Of a DNA stretch of 64,000 nt, positions 14,101 to 29,100 are shown one piece after another. The notes under the pieces are model-generated. The model saw only the letters and a list, made by a program, of their open reading frames with translations. It had not been told where the DNA came from and ran no database searches. The stretch is from Mytilus trossulus. Its lineage: Eukaryota. The DNA lies in assembly GCF_036588685.1 (NCBI RefSeq), contig NC_086379.1:4464001-4528000 (forward strand). Reading direction: 5' to 3'. Position numbers and translations under genes: made by a program. Numbering within the stretch: the first letter of the stretch is position 1; the number at the start of each line of letters is the position of its first letter.

Positions 14101-17100
14101 CTTATTTAGTTAACTCAGTATTAATAAATTGTTGTGATTATCTTTATAGGAGCTGGATATTTAGCAAAAGCCTACATTCTAGATTGCTGTGGGCTTTTGA
14201 GTGGATTCAACGTGGAAATAGTTGGACTGGGCACAATATACCTACAAATATGGCGTCAGGCCGGGTCAACATATATACTGGTTCACTCTTCACAATATAA
14301 TTTCAGTACTGGTGAGAGAACATTAAAATGTTCTTCGTTTATATGAAGAATGAAAATTAAATAAGTATTCATATATATTTTAAAAATAAATTATTTATAG
14401 ATTATTTATGTTTTTTTAAACGAGATGCATTTTCTCATTCTCATCTCATCGAAGGGCGGAGCCCTGAGATGAGATGAGATGAGAAAATGCATCGAGTTTA
14501 AAAAAAAAATTATATAATCTATTTATCGCTATTATTTGTATTTTCGAAAATCATTTAATTCAAATTTCAGTAAAAAAAAAAGTATCTTATACGATGATAA
14601 TGCATTTTCTTTTGTGGTACTATTTTTTTGGCGTAGGCTTATTTGATATAAATATGTAGTCGATCAGGTAGTTCATTCATTGAAAAAAAGATGTCTCATC
14701 TGACTACCCGGCGTGTTCAAATATTGCGAGGATCTTTCTCACTGTTGATAAGCTGTAATTTGATGTTTCAACGTATCAAAATGAAGTCAACAGTTGAATA
14801 TATGATGTATTTTCAAAGTAGACGAAAAAATATACATGCAGACAGACCTACGATGATTTGAAGTAAACCAGAGACATATATTATACGTCTCTGAGTAAAC
14901 TTATGTAAAAAAGGATATTTTTTATCTGTTTAAAACATGATTTGATTACTTTTATGAACTTCCAATAAATTATTTAACGGCGAAATTCACGGTAAAATAT
15001 TAAAACGAGAAATCATCTTTGACATTTCATCGCAGTCATCCGATAACTTTTTTTTTATAGTTCCGGCTAATCTTTTCTGATTGGCCGACACTCTAGCGCA
15101 TGAATTAGATTAATACGCTGTTGCTAAGGACCTTAGAAACTAGCGATAATTGTCATTCTCACTCTACACGAGTGATATGAAAATTATCACAAAAAAACAT
15201 CAAAGGAAAAATACAGATAATAGCGATAATAAAAATTATTTAAAAGAAAGTAGGGGTTTAGGTTTTCTATATGAAATGACAGGCGACACATGTTTTGCAT
15301 AAGAGAAAGATTGCAACAGTCGAAAAAATTCAAGACGCAGATATGAAAGCTACTTTTAAATTATTAAAAGCGTTGTCTTTAAAATGCCAATTCAATATTT
15401 TTTTAAAACAACCAAAATTAATCAATCTGTGCAAAAATATTAATAAAAATAAGTTATATTCTTATAAATTGGTTCTTTTAAATGAAAATTCAAATTAAAT
15501 ATCTGTATTCCCGCATCAAATTGTGCTAGTTTGATAGAAAATATGAGGAAAGACACCCATACCACCTTAAAGCACAAATTACAACCATAAGAGGGCCAGC
15601 TATTGTACAGTTTCCTGTATTTTGTATGAATGAGTTAGTTGTTTGTTGTTTTTATCTCAAAGACGACAAAACACATAACAATAGCGTTTATAAAACAAAT
15701 GAGGGGGAGAATATGTTTTATGTGCGAACAAAATTTTTAATAAAGAAAAAAGTGTGAATGTTATAACGCCTTTAAATACAAACTAGTGAATATTAGAAGC
15801 AATCATATAATAATTGAGTTTAAACAGTTTACGCTAAAACACCTTAATGGGGATAACATTTTGTTTTTAAATCCAAATACAGAAACATATGAAAATACGT
15901 ACACGAGGGATGGGAGTATAACTTTTCTTGTAACTATTTCGATTCTTACGTGTTTTATCTTTGTCTTTAGTAATATTAAACTGTATATATCAATCAATCT
16001 TTTTTTGTTGTTGGTAGAATTCTATGTGTGGGATATGTTATTCTATACATTTATCCAATAATTATATAAATGAAATAAAAATATGTATATGATAATTTTA
16101 TTTTTTCAGCTGATGCACTCACAGTTCACTCTCTACCAATAGATGCCGCAGATCAACCAACTATATTGGAGAACGACATGCTAGGATGGTAAGATTCACT
16201 ATTGAACAAATAATGAGCTTCACTTTATGATAAGATTTGAACCTTAACTCTACGATATGATGTTAAGCTTTCATATATGATAGGACAATAAGCTTTTCTA
16301 TAATATAGGATGGTAATTTAGCTTCACTAAATGATGGAACGGTAAACTTCACTATCTGATAGGATGTCAAGCGTCACTATCTGATAGGATGTCAAGCGTC
16401 TCTATCTGATAGGATGTCAAGCGTCACTATCTGATAGGATGTCAAGCGTCACTATCTGATAGGATGTCAAGCGTCACTATCTGATAGGATGTCAAGCGTC
16501 TCTATATGATAGGATGTCAGACGTCACTATCTGATAGGATGACAAACTTCAATATCTGATAGGATGTCAAGCGTCACTATCTGATAGGATGTCAAGTGTC
16601 ACTATCTGATAGTATGTCAAGCGTCACTATCTGATATGATGTCAAGCGTCTCTATCTGATAGGATGTCAAACGTCACTATCTGATAGGATGACAAACTTC
16701 AATATCTGATAGGATGTCAAGCGTCACTATCTGATAGGATGTCAAGCGTCATTATCTAAAAGGATGGTGAGCGTCATTGTCTGATATGATGTCAAGCGTC
16801 AGTATCTGATAGGATGGTAAACGACATTATCTGATAGGATGTCAAGCGTCACTATCTGATAGGATGGTAAGCTTCATTATCTGATAGGATGGTAAGCTTC
16901 ATTATCTGATAGGATGGTAAACGACATTATCTGATACGATGGCAAGCGTCATTGTCTGATAGGATGTCAAGCGTCACTATCTAATAGGATGACAAACTTC
17001 AATATCTGATAGGATGTCAAGCGTCACTATCTGATAGGACGTCAAGCGTCATTATCTGATAGGATGGTGAGCGTCATTGTCTGATATGATGTCAAGCGTC

Positions 17101-20100
17101 AGTATCTGATAGGATGGTATACGACATTATCTGATAAGATGTCAAGCGTCACTATCTGATAGGATGGTAACCTTCATTATCTGATAGGTTGTCAATCGTC
17201 ACTTTCTTATAGGATGGTAAGCGTCATTGTCTGATATGATGTCAAGAGTCACTATCTGATAGGATGTCGAGCGTCACTATTTGATAGGATGTCAAGCGTC
17301 ATTGTCTGAAAGGGACGTCAAGCGTCACTATCTGATAGGATGGTAAACTTCACTATCTGATAGGATTTTAAGCGTGACTATCTGATAGGATGTCAAGCGT
17401 CATTCTCTAATAGGATGTCAAGCGTCATTGTCTGATAGGATGTCAATCGTCACTATCTGGTAGGATGGTAAACTGCACTATCTGATAGGAATTTAAGCAT
17501 GACTATCTGATAGGATGTCAAGTGTCACTTTCTGATAGGATGGTAAGTGCCATTGTCTGATAGGATGTCAAGTGTCACTATCTGATAGGATGTCAAGCGT
17601 CATTGTCTGATAGGATGTCAAGCGTCACTATCTGATAGAATGGTAAACTTCACTATCTAATAGGATGGTAACTTTACTATCTGATAGTATGTCAAGCGTC
17701 TTTACCTGATAGGGGGAGATCTAAAAATATGGTTAACCCCGCCGCATTTTTGCGCCTGTACCAAGTTAGGAGCTTTTGGCCTTTGTTAGTCTTGTATGCT
17801 TTTTAATTTTAGTTTCTTGTGTATAATTTGGAGTTTAGTATGACTTCCATTATTACTGTGCTAGTATGCATAATTTTTAGGGGCCAACTGAAGGACACCT
17901 ATGGGTGCGATAATTTTTCCTATATTGAAGACCCATTGGTGGCATTCGGCTGTTGTCTGCTCTATGGTCGGGTGGTTGTCGCTTTGACACATTTACCATT
18001 TCCTTTCTCAATTTTATTCACTATCTAATAGGATGTCAAGAGTCACTATCTACTAGGATGTTAAGCTTCATTATCTGATAGGATGGTAAGCTTCCTTATT
18101 TGATAGGATGGTAAGCTTCATTATCTGATAGGATGTCAAGCGTCACTATCTGATAGGATGGTAAGCTTCATTATCTGATAGGATGTCAAGCGTCACTATC
18201 TGATAGGATGGTAAGCGTCACTATCTGATAGGATGGTACGCGTCACTTTTTGATAGGATGTCAAGCGTCACTATCTGATAGGATGACAAAATTCACTATC
18301 TGATAGGATGGTAAGCTTCATTATCTGATTGGATGGTAAGCTTCATTATCTGATAGGATGGTAAGCTTCATTATCTAATAGGATGGTAAGCTTCATTATC
18401 TGATATGATGGTAAGCTTCGTTATCTGATAGGATTGTAAGCTTCATTATCTGATAGGATGGTTAGCATCATTATCTGATAGGATGGTTAGCTTCATTATC
18501 TGATAGGATGGTAAGCTTCATTATCTGATAGGATGGTAAGCTTCATTATCTGATAGGATGGTTCGCTTCATTATCTGATTGGATGGTAAGCTTCATTATC
18601 TGATAGGATGGTAAGCTTCATTATCTAATAGGATTGTAAGCTTCATTATCTGATAGGATGGTTAGCATCATTATCTGATAGGATGGTAAGCTTCATTATC
18701 TGATAGGATTGTAAGCTTCATTATCTGATAGGATGGTAAGCTTCATTATCTGATAGGATGGTAAGCTTCATTATCTGATAGGATGGTTCGCTTCATTATC
18801 TGATTAGATGGTAAGCTTCATTATCTGATAGGATGGTAAGCTTCATTATCTGATATGATGGTAAGCTTCATTATCTGATATGATGGTAAGCTTCGTTATC
18901 TGATAGGATTTAAAGCTTCATTATCTGATAGGATGATAAGCTTCATTATCTGATAGGATGGTTAGCATCATTATCTGATAGGATGGTAAGCTTCATTATC
19001 TGATAGGATGGTAAGCTTCATTATCTGATAGGATGGTAAGCTTCATTATCTGATTGGATGGTAAGCACCATTATCTGATAGGATGGTAAACTTCATTATC
19101 TGATATGATTGTAAGCCTCACTAGATTATTGAATGGTGAATTTCTCTTCATGATAGGGAGGTAGGCCTTAAACAATTCTGTGGTCTATGCTTGGAGCTAG
19201 AAATATTATTTTTATATAGTAGTGTTGTTTCTGACTACCCAATATTGGTTTTGTTCATTGTAAAAGGCCTTACTGTGACATTTATTGCTTATAGAAAAGA
19301 CATCGGATAAATAGTTGTCTCATTGGCAATCATATATCATCTTCATATTTTTATATTTAAGAAATATTTTGTCAAGAAATATGCGGAAACAAGAATGTGT
19401 CCACAGTACACGGATGCCCCACTCGCACTATCATTTTCTATGTTTACTGGACCGTGAAATTGGAATAAATTCTCTAATTTGGCATTAAAATTAGAATGAT
19501 CTTATCGAAGGGAACATGTATACTAAGTTTCAAGTTGATTGGACTTCAACTTCATCAAAAACTACCTTGACCAAAAACTTTAACCTGAAGTGTAACAGAC
19601 GGACGAACGAACAGACGGATGGACGAACGAACGGACAAACGGACGCACAGACCAGAAAACATAATGCCCCTCTACTATCGTAGGTGAGGCATAAAAATAA
19701 TGATAAATATTTTCCAAGGAGAAACATCCAGCGAGAAAAAGTAGCACACTTATGTATTGTGAAAGATCTTTGATCTGAAATCACGTCAAAAGTCAGAAAG
19801 GGGCTCCTTAAACCTTAAAAATTAATCAAGTAAACGTTATCATTTTAGCTATTAAGAATATTGCATGCTGACTTCACACATAGGATGTTTCTATTATTAA
19901 AGGTATACTAGTGGAACGGACATGGTACCATACGACAATGGAGCAGGAGCTGTAAATCAGAATTACCGAGTAGATGCCGGATCAGCATCTGGTCCAACGC
20001 CCTTTAATTCTGGGTCTCTTTTAAATGGAAGATCATATGCCATCAATTTTGTAACCGCTGTTAGTGAGTATATATATTTATTGTTTGGTATATCGACAAC

Positions 20101-23100
20101 ACCCCCAAGATCGTGTAGGACCCGCCAGTTTTTAATCTTCAGGCTTTTTGACAGGACAGTTTTCATCAAAGCTAGCTGAAAAATTAATCTTTTATGGTAA
20201 AAATTACTAAAGAATGTACAGTCTTAAACAATAAATTGTTTGAAAACTATAAATAATAAAAAAAATAATCCACGTGTCGCACTTTGCTTTACTTTATATG
20301 ACTTTAAATGACAAAAAAAAAGAATAAATATATATATATATATATATACACCAGTACTTTAAATTATTTAACCCTTGTTGCTGGAATCCGACATTTTTGT
20401 GTACTTTCTGATGACATTATGAAATTACCTGCGCAAACGAGCATACACGGGGGCTTTATTTTCTGTCAATTCTGGGCTTCTATTACATGAAATACACGGA
20501 AGACCAAACAAGAAGCGCAAAAATGACTTGCGCGAGCTTCCATTTCATTTGATAAAACTGTAACGTGATCAACTTCCAAAGCTAGTTCAAGGTCTTTGAA
20601 ACGGGCCTCTTGAAACTGTTAATTATTTTGTTTATTTTACTAATTTTATATACCATGTGTCTTACTCATTAACATATTTAAACAAACTCCTTCGGATTCG
20701 TTTGTTTAAATATGTTAACTCGTAAGAACCATGGTGGAAAGGGATTAATATAAGTTGCAAAACTTGTTTCCCAATCCACTATAAATAAATATGTTTTAAC
20801 TAACCGTGGTAGACCCCCCCCCCCCCCCCCCCCCACATGGTAGATATAGTACTTCAGGGGCAAAATTATCACGTAAATTAAGACGGGTACATGATTGTAA
20901 TATTATAAAGACACACTATTCTAACACCGAACCAAGCGGTATTTGACTTTAGTTATAAATGCCTGCCTGCATAGGTGAGAAGCAGCATACGCCAATTTTC
21001 TGCTTATAGTCTGTTTATATATGACCCGGCGATGGAAGACACCCGAAATCTCCTGGACATGTAGATCATTTAAACATGATCTGTAACCAATGTTTCTTCA
21101 TCTCTTGATCTTTCAATCGATTAAATAACAAAAGGCAGAACGAAGAACGCAAAATAAAAAAATTCAATTAGAAAATACTAGATAAAACTTTATTGAAGAA
21201 TGCTGTCATTGATACATGATAGGTTGAACGAATTACTTAAAATTGATAAAGGAAATAGGGAATGTGTCAAAGCGACAACAACCCGACCATAGAGCACACA
21301 AATGCCAAAGACAACCAATGGGTTTCAATGTAGCGAGAATTCCCGCACCCGTAGGTGTCCTTCAGCTGGCCCCTAAAATATCTATACTAGTACAGTGATA
21401 ATGGACGTCGTACAACACTCCGAATTATACACAAGAGACTAAAATTAAAAATCATACAAGACTAACAAAGGCCAGAGGCTCCGGACTTGGGACAGGCGCA
21501 AAATTGCGGCGAGTTAAACATGTTTATGAGATCTCAACTCCCCTCTATACCTCTAGCCAATGTGGAAAAGTAAACGCATAACAATACGCACATTAAAATT
21601 CAGCTCAAAAGCAGTCCGAGTCCGATGTCTTAGCCTACATTGTACGTTTTGGCAAGACTGTCATGGCAACATCGTTGTCATGTTCATATTACATATCCAC
21701 ACAATTTCCACATGTCAATAGAAAAAGACATATTACTTTGTGTAAATATCAGCGAAATGAGACTGTTACATATCCTCCCATATTTCAGATTCAGCACCGT
21801 ATTTTACGAACGGAGGTACAAAGGTTTCATTTTTGGACACAAAAACTGTATCATATCAGATAACATTATACCAGATGAGTTTTACAGACGACAACAAAGA
21901 TGATACTGCTTTAACAGTTGAAATGACAAACGCGGCAGACACTACATTTATAAGTGACCAAAGACGTAAGTTGTGTAATCGATTTAATGCACATCCATTA
22001 CTACAGAAGTAAAATGTATATTATTCCAATGGTTACTTTTATATTTTACGAATGGACACACATGATATGGTCTGAAACTGTGGACACATTTATCAACATA
22101 AAATACGCATTAAAAAAAAGCTGGTCAACATACAATACAGTCTTAAACAATGTATATCTAGATCAGCATACAATACAGTATTAAACATTAGACAGCTGAC
22201 TAACGTACAATACAGTCTTAAACAATAGACAGCTGGCTAACGTACAATACAATCTTAAACAATAGACAGCTGGCTAACGTACAAAACAGTCTTAAACAAT
22301 AGACAGCCGGCTAACGTACAATACAGTATTAAACATTAATAGACAGCTGACTAACGTACAATACAGTATTAAACATTAGACAGCTGACTAACGTACAATA
22401 CAGTCTTAAACAATAGACAGCTGGCTAACGTACAATACAATCTTAAACAATAGACAGCTGGCTAACGTACAAAACAGTCTTAAACAATAGACAGCCGGCT
22501 AACGTACAATACAGTATTAAACATTAGACAGCTGGCTAACGTACAAAACAGTCTTAACAAAAGACAGCTGGCTAACGTACAATTCAGTCTTAAACAATAG
22601 ACAGCTGGCTAACGTACAATACAGTCTGAAGCAAAAGACAGCTGGCTAACGTACAAAACAGTCTTAAACAAAAGACAACTGGCTTACGTACAATACAGTC
22701 TCAAACAATAGACAGCTGGCTTACGTACAATACAGTCTCAAACAATAGACAGCTGGCTAATGTACAAAACAGTCTTAAACAATAGACAGCTGGCTAACGT
22801 ACAATACAGTCTCAAACAATAGACAGCTGGCTTACGTACAATACAGTCTCAAACAATAGACAGCTGGCTAATGTACAAAACAGTCTTAAACAATAGACAG
22901 CTGGCTAACGTACAATACAGTCTCAAACAATAGACAGCTGGCTAATGTACAAAACAGTCTTAAACAATAGACAGCTGGCTAACGTACAATACAGTCTCAA
23001 ACAATAGACAGCTGGCTAACGTACAATACAGTCTCAAACAATAGACAGCTGGCTAATGTACAAAACAGTCTTAAACAATAGACAGCTGGCTAAAGTACAA

Positions 23101-26100
23101 AACACTCTTAAACAATAGACAGCTGGCTAACGTACAATACAGTCTTAAACAATAGACAGCTGGCTTACGTACAATACAGTCTCAAACAATAGACAGCTGG
23201 CTAATGTACAAAACAGTCTTAAACAATAGACAGCTGGCTAACGTACAATACAGTCTCAAACAATAGACAGCTGGCTAACGTACAATACAGTCTCAAACAA
23301 TAGACAGCTGGCTAATGTACAAAACAGTCTTAAACAATAGACAGCTGGCTAAAGTACAAAACACTCTTAAACAATAGACAGCTGGCTAACGTACAATACA
23401 GTCTTAAACAATAGACAGCTGGCTAACGTACAATACAGTCTCAAACAATAGACAGCTGGCTAACGTACAAAACAGTCTCAAACAATAGACAGCTGGCTAA
23501 TGTACAAAACAGTCTTAAACAATAGACAGCTGGTTAAAGTACAAAACACTCTTAAACAATAGACAGCGGGCTAACGTACAATACAGTCTTAAACAGCATA
23601 CAAAACAGTTTTAAACAATAGACAATTTTTATAGCCTGTTGTTTTCACAAAATACTAAGCATCTGAGTAACTCTAGACAACACAAGCTACATTTGAGAAA
23701 AACGACTGAAAAGATTTATATCTGCGACCTATTGGGATCGTCGTAATTCAGGTTACGATTATCGGTTGAACAACAGTGAATATACGGGAAAAGGATTTGA
23801 GGATATTTATTATAAAAAAAACATACTTAATCCTCTTCGTGCGCATTTGCACATGAGGCCACCAAAAAAACATGCCCTGGAATAAAAAAAGGAAGAAAAA
23901 AAAGACTATGAATAAACATTTTTTTTTATAAGATTTCAAGATATTTATTATAAAAAAACATGCCCTGGAATAAAAAAAGGCAAAAAAAAGAAAGACTATG
24001 AATGATCATCTATGCCTATATTAGTGAATTCTCAAATCGCATTACACTGACAATGTAACGTTAATGTCTTTGTTTAGATCGGATTAAGTCAGACTCATCA
24101 GACTGGAAAGTTGGAGAGTATACACTAGAATACAGCGTGAAGGACCAGTGTTTGAATGAGGGCACTACATATGTAATGATTGGTGTTAAAAATACGGTTG
24201 GTAACTTAGCTATAGAAAATGGAAGATTTTATGGTATAATTAAAAGTTAAATTAATTATTTACAAATAAAATATTCTGGTTTAAAATTGTAGATCTCGGG
24301 AAAGGTTGATAAGTCTTTTAATTGTAATACATATATGTAACAGTCACTTTCAGCAATGCATATGAATAACCTTTCAATTAATACAGAATTTGAAAATTAT
24401 GTGTTTAGCACAAGATAGGAAATGATGTAAGTTATTAACATGCACCGTGAAACGTTGCATTGCTTTTTAAGCGTTGAATTCCGAACCTGGTCATATCTTT
24501 TAAATGTAACTACTAGACCACGAAGCTCGGTACAATCAAATACTCGTTTTGCAATGATACGATATTGAGCTTTCAATCTTGTGTTTTACGCTAAAAACTG
24601 TCAATGTTTTTGTCATAGGCTAGGCGGGCCAAAAGCAGGTGGGCTGAGGTGCCCGGGCTTCCCCTTTCTTGGGAAAATTTGGTTATTTACACATGAAGGG
24701 AAACACTTTAGCGAGACTGGAGCGACTCTCCCTTTAGGCCAATCAAAGAACCCCCTTACAAAAGTTATGGGTTCTCCAATAATTGTAATATCTTTGTTTA
24801 GAACGAAAAAAGTCGGGTACACCTAACTGGAAATGTTCTGTACAGTCAAATGTGTGTTTGTATTTTTATAAAATTGCTAGATTTATCATGTTTATAGAGA
24901 CATTAGCCCTAACAATGAAGAAGAAAACAAAACAAAATACGATGGCTGTTACAAAATAATGCTAAATTGCATGTAGCATTTCTAAAAAGAAACTATACTA
25001 TTACAAACGAAACGTCATAAGTATTCTTTGAAACGTTTCAATTATAGGCACCAGAGATAAAGAATACTATGATATCTCATAACATAAAAGAAAATAACAA
25101 TGACGAAACCCAAATTATGTCGCTAACGGTGACAGATAAACAGACATACAGGTGTAACCTTGGAACAGTCAGTCCGAATGATGGGATATTTATCATCAAA
25201 CAACCAACTGGAACTGATCGTGAGTTGTTTAAATTTAAAAACAGAATGTTTATTAAGGTGGTACCTAATACTACAAGGAGATAAAGATCAAGAACAATTT
25301 TCTGAAAATCATAATTGTTATCATGATAGTGGAAGAAAACAAAAATGAATTGTTTTAAAAAAGAATAACATGACCAGAAATACAGAGAAGGGTGCTCAGA
25401 AAATTACTAAAGATTCACTTATTTAATAAATAAAGTAATTGCTGGACGAATTCGTGAAAGCGCCAGTTAGGATTTAAATATCTATCTAGGTACAGTGTTT
25501 GTGATCTCGTCATTGAATATCTATCTAGGTACACCGTTTGAGATCTCGTTATTGAATATCTATCTAGGGACACCATTAATGATCTCGTCATTGAATATCT
25601 ATCTAGGGACACCATTTGAGATCTCGTTATTGAATATCTATCTAGGGACACCGTTTAAGATCTCGTTATTGAATGTCTAGCTAGGTAAATCATTCGAGAT
25701 CTCGTCATTGAATATTTATCTAGGTACACCGTTTAATATCACGTTATTGGATGTCTAGCTATGTACAACATTCTAGATCTCGTCATTGAATATCTATCTA
25801 GGGACACCATTTGCGATCTCGTTATTGAATATTTATCTAGGTACACCGTTTAATATCACGTTATTGGATGTCTAGCTATGTACAACATTCGAGATCTCGT
25901 CATTGAATATCTATATAGGGACAGCATTTGAGATCTCGTCTTTGAATATGTATCTATGTACACCGTTTGAGATCTCGTCATTGAGTATCTATCTAGGGAC
26001 ATTATTTTATATCTCGTTATTGAATATCTATCTAGGAACACCGTTTGAGATCTCGTTATTAAATGTCTAGCTATGTACAACATTCGAGATCTCGTCATTG

Positions 26101-29100
26101 AATATATATTATCTATGTACAGCATTTGAGATTAAATACAGCACAATAATAGGTAGTGGCATTTTATGTTTAAAAGGAATTTCATAATCTGTGTTATTAT
26201 TTTTAATATATGACGCCTTTCATATTCTGCTTTTCATGCCACGTTAGAAACGTCAATAATACTTTTACTATGATTTCAGCTTTTAATCTTTATCTGAAGG
26301 GTGGTTCAATGAAAGATATAGACTATGCTGCCAAACCTCAGTATACAGTTACTGCAGTGTGTACAGATGACTACGGACTAGCGACAGAAAAAATATTTTA
26401 TGTCAATGTTGAGAAAAATATTGAACCCGTCATAGATGTTTTGCCAAGTAAGTGTTGTTGAATTTTTTTTTTTTTTTAAAACTTTTCACACGTATTACTA
26501 TCGATCGTGTGAACATACCAACCCTTTACAGTGAAAGTTAATCAACATAGGAAATATTCAATCAATCGTATTTACATAACAAAGTTAATAAGCAAAAATC
26601 ACCAATTAATCAACGTAGGATTTGTTTTATCGATCGCATGAACACCAAAACAAACAAGTATATATCACTAGTTCACCAGTGTGGGATATATTCTATCGAG
26701 TGTGTGATCCATACCAATACCAAAACAAACAAGAATATATCACTAGTTCACCATTGTGGGATATATTCTATCGAGTGTGTGATCCATACCAATACTTAAA
26801 CAAACAAAGTATTATATATCACTTGTAAATATGAAAAAAATGTTATATAACCCAATTAAAAACATTCATTTTCAAAGCAAATGCAATTGATTAAAAGAAT
26901 CTGACCAAATTGGAAAGTTAGAAAAGAACGCGATATTGTTTGATTGATTGATTAATTGTTGGTGATTTAACGCCACTTTTAAGTGTACCTCTTTCGTGGA
27001 GATAAGTTTTTATAGGTGGAGGAAACCTCAATGTTGGGGAGAAAACCACCGAACTTTTATAGGAAAACTGTCAATCCTAGTCAACTAAGATTGGAGTCGA
27101 GTGCAACCCGAGTTATTGAACACACGAATCATTTTTTTTTTCCAGTGAATGATGACAAAAGTCAGCACCTAATTTTGGATATGAGAATTAAGTATATTAC
27201 AATCTGCAAAGACATTCAAAGTTTTAAGCAGGCGTTTTAAAGTTTAAAGTTTAAGTTTTAATACAACTTTTTAAAATTGTTGGGTGTAGATACCAGTTAG
27301 TAAATAACAAAAGTTCCAACCATAAATTCTAGTTTCTGTCTTTAATCCATGGTTGAAATGAGAACATAGCAAAAAAGGAATCTGATGTACAGTAGTTGTC
27401 GTTTGTTTATGTAATATATACGTGTTTCTCGTTTCTCGTTTTGTTTATATAGATTAGACCGTTGGTTTTCCCGTTTGAATGGTTTTACACTAGTAATTTT
27501 GGGGCCCTTTATAGCTTGTTGTTCGGTGTGAGCCAAGGCTCCGTGTTGAAGGCCGTACTTTAACCTATAATGGTTTAATTTTTAAATTGTTATTTGGATG
27601 GAGAGTTGTCTCATTGGCACTCACACCACATCTTCCTATATCTATAGCACTCTGTAAATATTAGACCAGTAATTATTTACCTCGGTACAGTGTATCTAAT
27701 AGTATTATATATTGGAAATGCAGTGCCTTGTATCGTTTCTTTTGTTGACTAGTATATCAAGCTTCTGTCAATATATATAGCTCATAGTATAACTCATGGC
27801 ATGAATGTAGCACTCAGTCAAATGTTTTAAACTTACTCTTTATTTATTAACTTGTTTGATTTTATATCTTGCATTTAAAAAGTGACTATAAGTTTGGACC
27901 TCTCTTGGTAGTGGTGGTTTGGGGGTGGGGAGGGTTTGTGAAGATGTTTCATTAAATTTTCTTTCAATTAAGTTTTCCATGTTCTAATCCATATAAACTT
28001 AAAATGAAAACAAAATTTACAAACACATCAAGAGCTTTTAATGAACTGACACATATACTATCAGCAAATAAGTTTCGATATGAGTTAAATTGGTTCTATT
28101 CTTTTTAAATGCAATACGTGATATAATCACGGGCTTCATTCGGTTTTGTGATTTTTTTTTATATAAAATTGTTTGTTTTAAGATTGTAACACAGTGATGA
28201 CTGCTGTACCAATATTTTGACTATTTTATTTATTATGCCTTTTGTTCACGCATCGTTGTAAATATAACGGAAATTAATGAGAATTTTGTACAAGTTAGAA
28301 GTTTAGCGCTATAAAACCAGGTCGAATGCATCATTTTCTACATTTGAAAATGCCTGTACCAAGTCAGGAATATGACAGCTGTTTAATGTGATTGTCATTT
28401 GATTTTGCCATGTGTTTAGAGACTTTCCGACTGAATGTCCTCATGCAAAGTTCAGTATTTTTCTGATTTTACTTTTTTTCGAGAGAAATTATCGTGAAAC
28501 AATATCTAGCGGTGGTCAAGTATTTGCAGGACGATTGTGAAAGCTCTTGTACCGGATCGTGAAAGAAATCAAATCAAGAATATTAAAGGTCATTAAATAA
28601 TATAAAATAATTAATTACACAGACAAATTAATACTGCCTATCAAAATGGTTTAACATTCTGATCAGTTTGTGAGAAAATCCAGTTTTAGTAATATATATA
28701 ATTTACAAAACAACAAAAGGCTCCTCCACATTTCAATGGCATCAAAATTGTATACAAACTTGATTTTTTTTAAATTCGAATCAAATAAACTATTCTATCT
28801 GCAAATTTGTTTAATGAAGTACATGGTTCTCATAGTTTTTATTGTCCAAACATAATCTAAAACATTTTGAAATGAAATATTAGCACAAAATACATATTTC
28901 GGATCGTCAAAGATCACATACCGTTTTACGAGGATCGTGAAAGATATGATGCTACGTAGACGTTCAAATTATTCCTCAAATATTTGATTATTAATATTGA
29001 AACTTTTGTTTAAATATGGACCTCGAAGAAGAGACAAAATAAACTGTTACGCAAAAGGACATTCCATATTATCGCTTACTCAAGATATAAGTAGGTTAAC

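Noticed and set aside
25415-26125. Repetitive ORFs (SLDRYSMTRSQ…)
   Set aside because: By-product of a 39-bp (multiple of 3) minisatellite inside an intron; open on both strands.
16182-26132. CRISPR-like arrays
   Set aside because: Units are contiguous tandem repeats with no unique spacers; eukaryotic introns; no cas genes.
8052-26447. Assigning a gene symbol such as FAT4 or PCDH
   Set aside because: Only about two degenerate cadherin-like repeats; orthology cannot be supported.
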